From: an uncultured Oscillospiraceae bacterium
GTDB taxonomy: Bacteria > Bacillota > Clostridia > Oscillospirales > Oscillospiraceae
Direction: 5' to 3'
Length of the DNA stretch: 52,643 nucleotides
Assembly: GCA_964515275.1 (NCBI GenBank)
Contig: CAZESU010000002.1
Coordinates: forward strand, 1 to 52,643
Of the stretch, positions 51,461-52,643 are shown in pieces. A program made the translations under genes and the position numbers. Every line of letters starts with the position of its first letter. The stretch's first letter is position 1. Under the pieces are notes generated by a model. It searched no databases, was not told where the DNA came from, and saw nothing but the letters and a program-made list of their open reading frames with translations.

Positions 51461-51789
51461 TGGCAACCTTCGATGATTTTATGAAGCTGGATATCCGCGT
51501 TGGCACAATCGTCAGCGCGAAGAACTTTGAAAAAGCCAGAAAACCCGCCTACCAGCTTGAGGTTGACCTGGGTGAGGAGCTGGGGATCAAGCGTTCCTCC
51601 GCTCAGATAACCGACCATTACAGTCCGGAGGAGCTTATCGGCCGGCAGGTACTGGCGGTGGTCAATTTTCCGCCCCGGCAGATCGCGAACTTTTTCTCTG
51701 AGATTCTGGTTCTGGGCACGTACAGTGAGGGCGGCGTTGTGCTGATCAAGCCTGACAAGCCCGTAAAAAACGGTGATAAGCTGGGCTGA
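51460..51789 (+). CDS. tRNA-binding-domain protein (CsaA/YtpR-like)
   Basis: 109 aa. FMKLDIRVGTIVSAKNFEKARKPAYQLEVDLGEE...GRQVLAVVNFPPRQI has the OB-fold tRNA_bind signature. Confidence 0.82.
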   Translation: MATFDDFMKLDIRVGTIVSAKNFEKARKPAYQLEVDLGEELGIKRSSAQITDHYSPEELIGRQVLAVVNFPPRQIANFFSEILVLGTYSEGGVVLIKPDKPVKNGDKLG

Positions 51790-51811
51790 GTATATAAAAG
51801 GAGCAGAGAAA

Positions 51812-52309
51812 ATGAACCATGAAATGAGAAGAGCAAACCAGCAGATCTCTGCAGAGGAGAGTATTGAGATACTGGAAAAGGGGACTTCCGGGGTGCTTGC
51901 CCTGTGGGACGGAGAACAGCCCTACGCTGTGCCCCTGAGCTATGTGTATACAGAGGGGAAGATTTATTTCCACTGTGCCAGAACAGGCCACAAGCTGGAT
52001 GCGGCCCGAGCCTGTTCCAGTGCTTCCTTCTGCGTGGTGGCGGCGGACGAGGTATTGCCGGAGAAATACACCACCGCCTACCGCAGCGTAATCGCCTTTG
52101 GAAGCCTCCGTATCCTTGAGAACGAGGAAGAGATGATCCCGGCGATCAAGCTCCTGGGGGAGAAGTATAATCCCGGTCAGGCGGAGATCACCGAGAAGGA
52201 AATTGCCGGCGGCATCGGACATATGTACATGCTGGAACTGAGTATTGATCGTATGACCGGCAAAGAGGGTAAGGAGCTCATGCTCCGCCGTCTGCAAGAC
52301 AAGATATAA
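51812..52309 (+). CDS. Pyridoxamine 5'-phosphate oxidase-family flavoprotein (NimA-like split-barrel)
   Basis: 165 aa from MNHEMRRANQQIS (AAAGGAG RBS). GVLAL..GEQPYAVPLSYVY..GKIYFHCA..GHK is typical. Confidence 0.78.
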   Translation: MNHEMRRANQQISAEESIEILEKGTSGVLALWDGEQPYAVPLSYVYTEGKIYFHCARTGHKLDAARACSSASFCVVAADEVLPEKYTTAYRSVIAFGSLRILENEEEMIPAIKLLGEKYNPGQAEITEKEIAGGIGHMYMLELSIDRMTGKEGKELMLRRLQDKI

Positions 52310-52542
52310 AAGCAAAAAGGGTGAGGCAGAATGTTAACGCCGCATAAGGCAGTTATTTGAGCTTTTCTGAAAAAGAGAATATTAAAAACGGCGAAAACCC
52401 TTGATCTATAAGGATTTTCGCCGTTGCTCTATGCTGATTTGTCGCTTGGTTGTCGCTTAAATCTGCTCTACGATACTACACGATAATAAGCGACAGCGGC
52501 AAAGAAAACGCCTGCCGCTGTTACACGGCAAGCGCAAATCTG

Positions 52543-52643
52543 CTATATGTTGCTCTTGCGGCGGTTGCAGTCCGCACAAAGCATTTGGCAGTTTTCCGGG
52601 GCGGTCTTTCCGCCCTTGCTCCACGGGGTAATATGGTCGGCCT
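52543..52643 (-). CDS. HNH-endonuclease-domain protein, C-terminal end only (gene continues past the right window edge)
   Basis: Reverse translation gives [32 protein letters not shown], the HNH motif tail. Not in the ORF track because it is edge-truncated. Confidence 0.7.
   Translation of the reverse strand, partial: ADHITPWSKGGKTAPENCQMLCADCNRRKSNI

Noticed and set aside
1-52643. Search for rRNA, tRNA, CRISPR arrays, riboswitch leaders, and defence or toxin-antitoxin cassettes
   Set aside because: By eye I found no cloverleaf-like or rRNA-like sequence and no regularly spaced direct-repeat array. I also found no conserved riboswitch core upstream of the transporter operons, and no reverse transcriptase, Cas, restriction-modification or paired small-ORF modules. 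The only nuclease hint is the edge-truncated HNH tail at 52543-52643.

Overview
GC-rich chromosomal segment from a Gram-positive anaerobe, most likely Clostridia. This is inferred from an LPXTG-type sorting signal, an LCP protein, CotF-like spore-coat genes, ECF transporters and a sigma-54 enhancer-binding protein. The left half (1-22.8 kb) is mostly housekeeping: ppdK (partial), rsmA, a trmD-GNAT fusion, rimM, rpsP, a KH-domain gene, ffh and ylxM. It also holds a 2345-aa cyclic-beta-1,2-glucan-synthase-like gene, two M16 peptidases, lgt, and a GntR / CrtI-like / ferredoxin-reductase cluster. The right half (22.8-52.6 kb) is accessory and visibly decaying. It contains a sigma-54 (PrpR-like) lyase/transporter operon and a run of pseudogenes: a small membrane protein, a Zn-ADH, a response-regulator/histidine-kinase fusion, an IS1182-family transposase, a MATE pump and a deacetylase-like ORF. 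It also carries an ECF transporter operon, a Cd/Zn P-type ATPase operon, an M20 peptidase with two unknown membrane proteins, rRNA methyltransferases and small housekeeping genes. The most striking signal is not in the ORF track. It is an AT-rich, hairpin-dense, non-coding 146-bp repeat family with four full copies (one a 241-bp long variant) and two partial copies. Each full copy is bounded by TACT...AGTA and flanked by identical TNA trinucleotides. One copy sits inside an ORF, and removing the element plus one flank triplet restores that frame. Stems show compensatory base changes between copies, so I interpret it as an active or recently active MITE-like family with a conserved structure. 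I found no rRNA, tRNA or CRISPR array.
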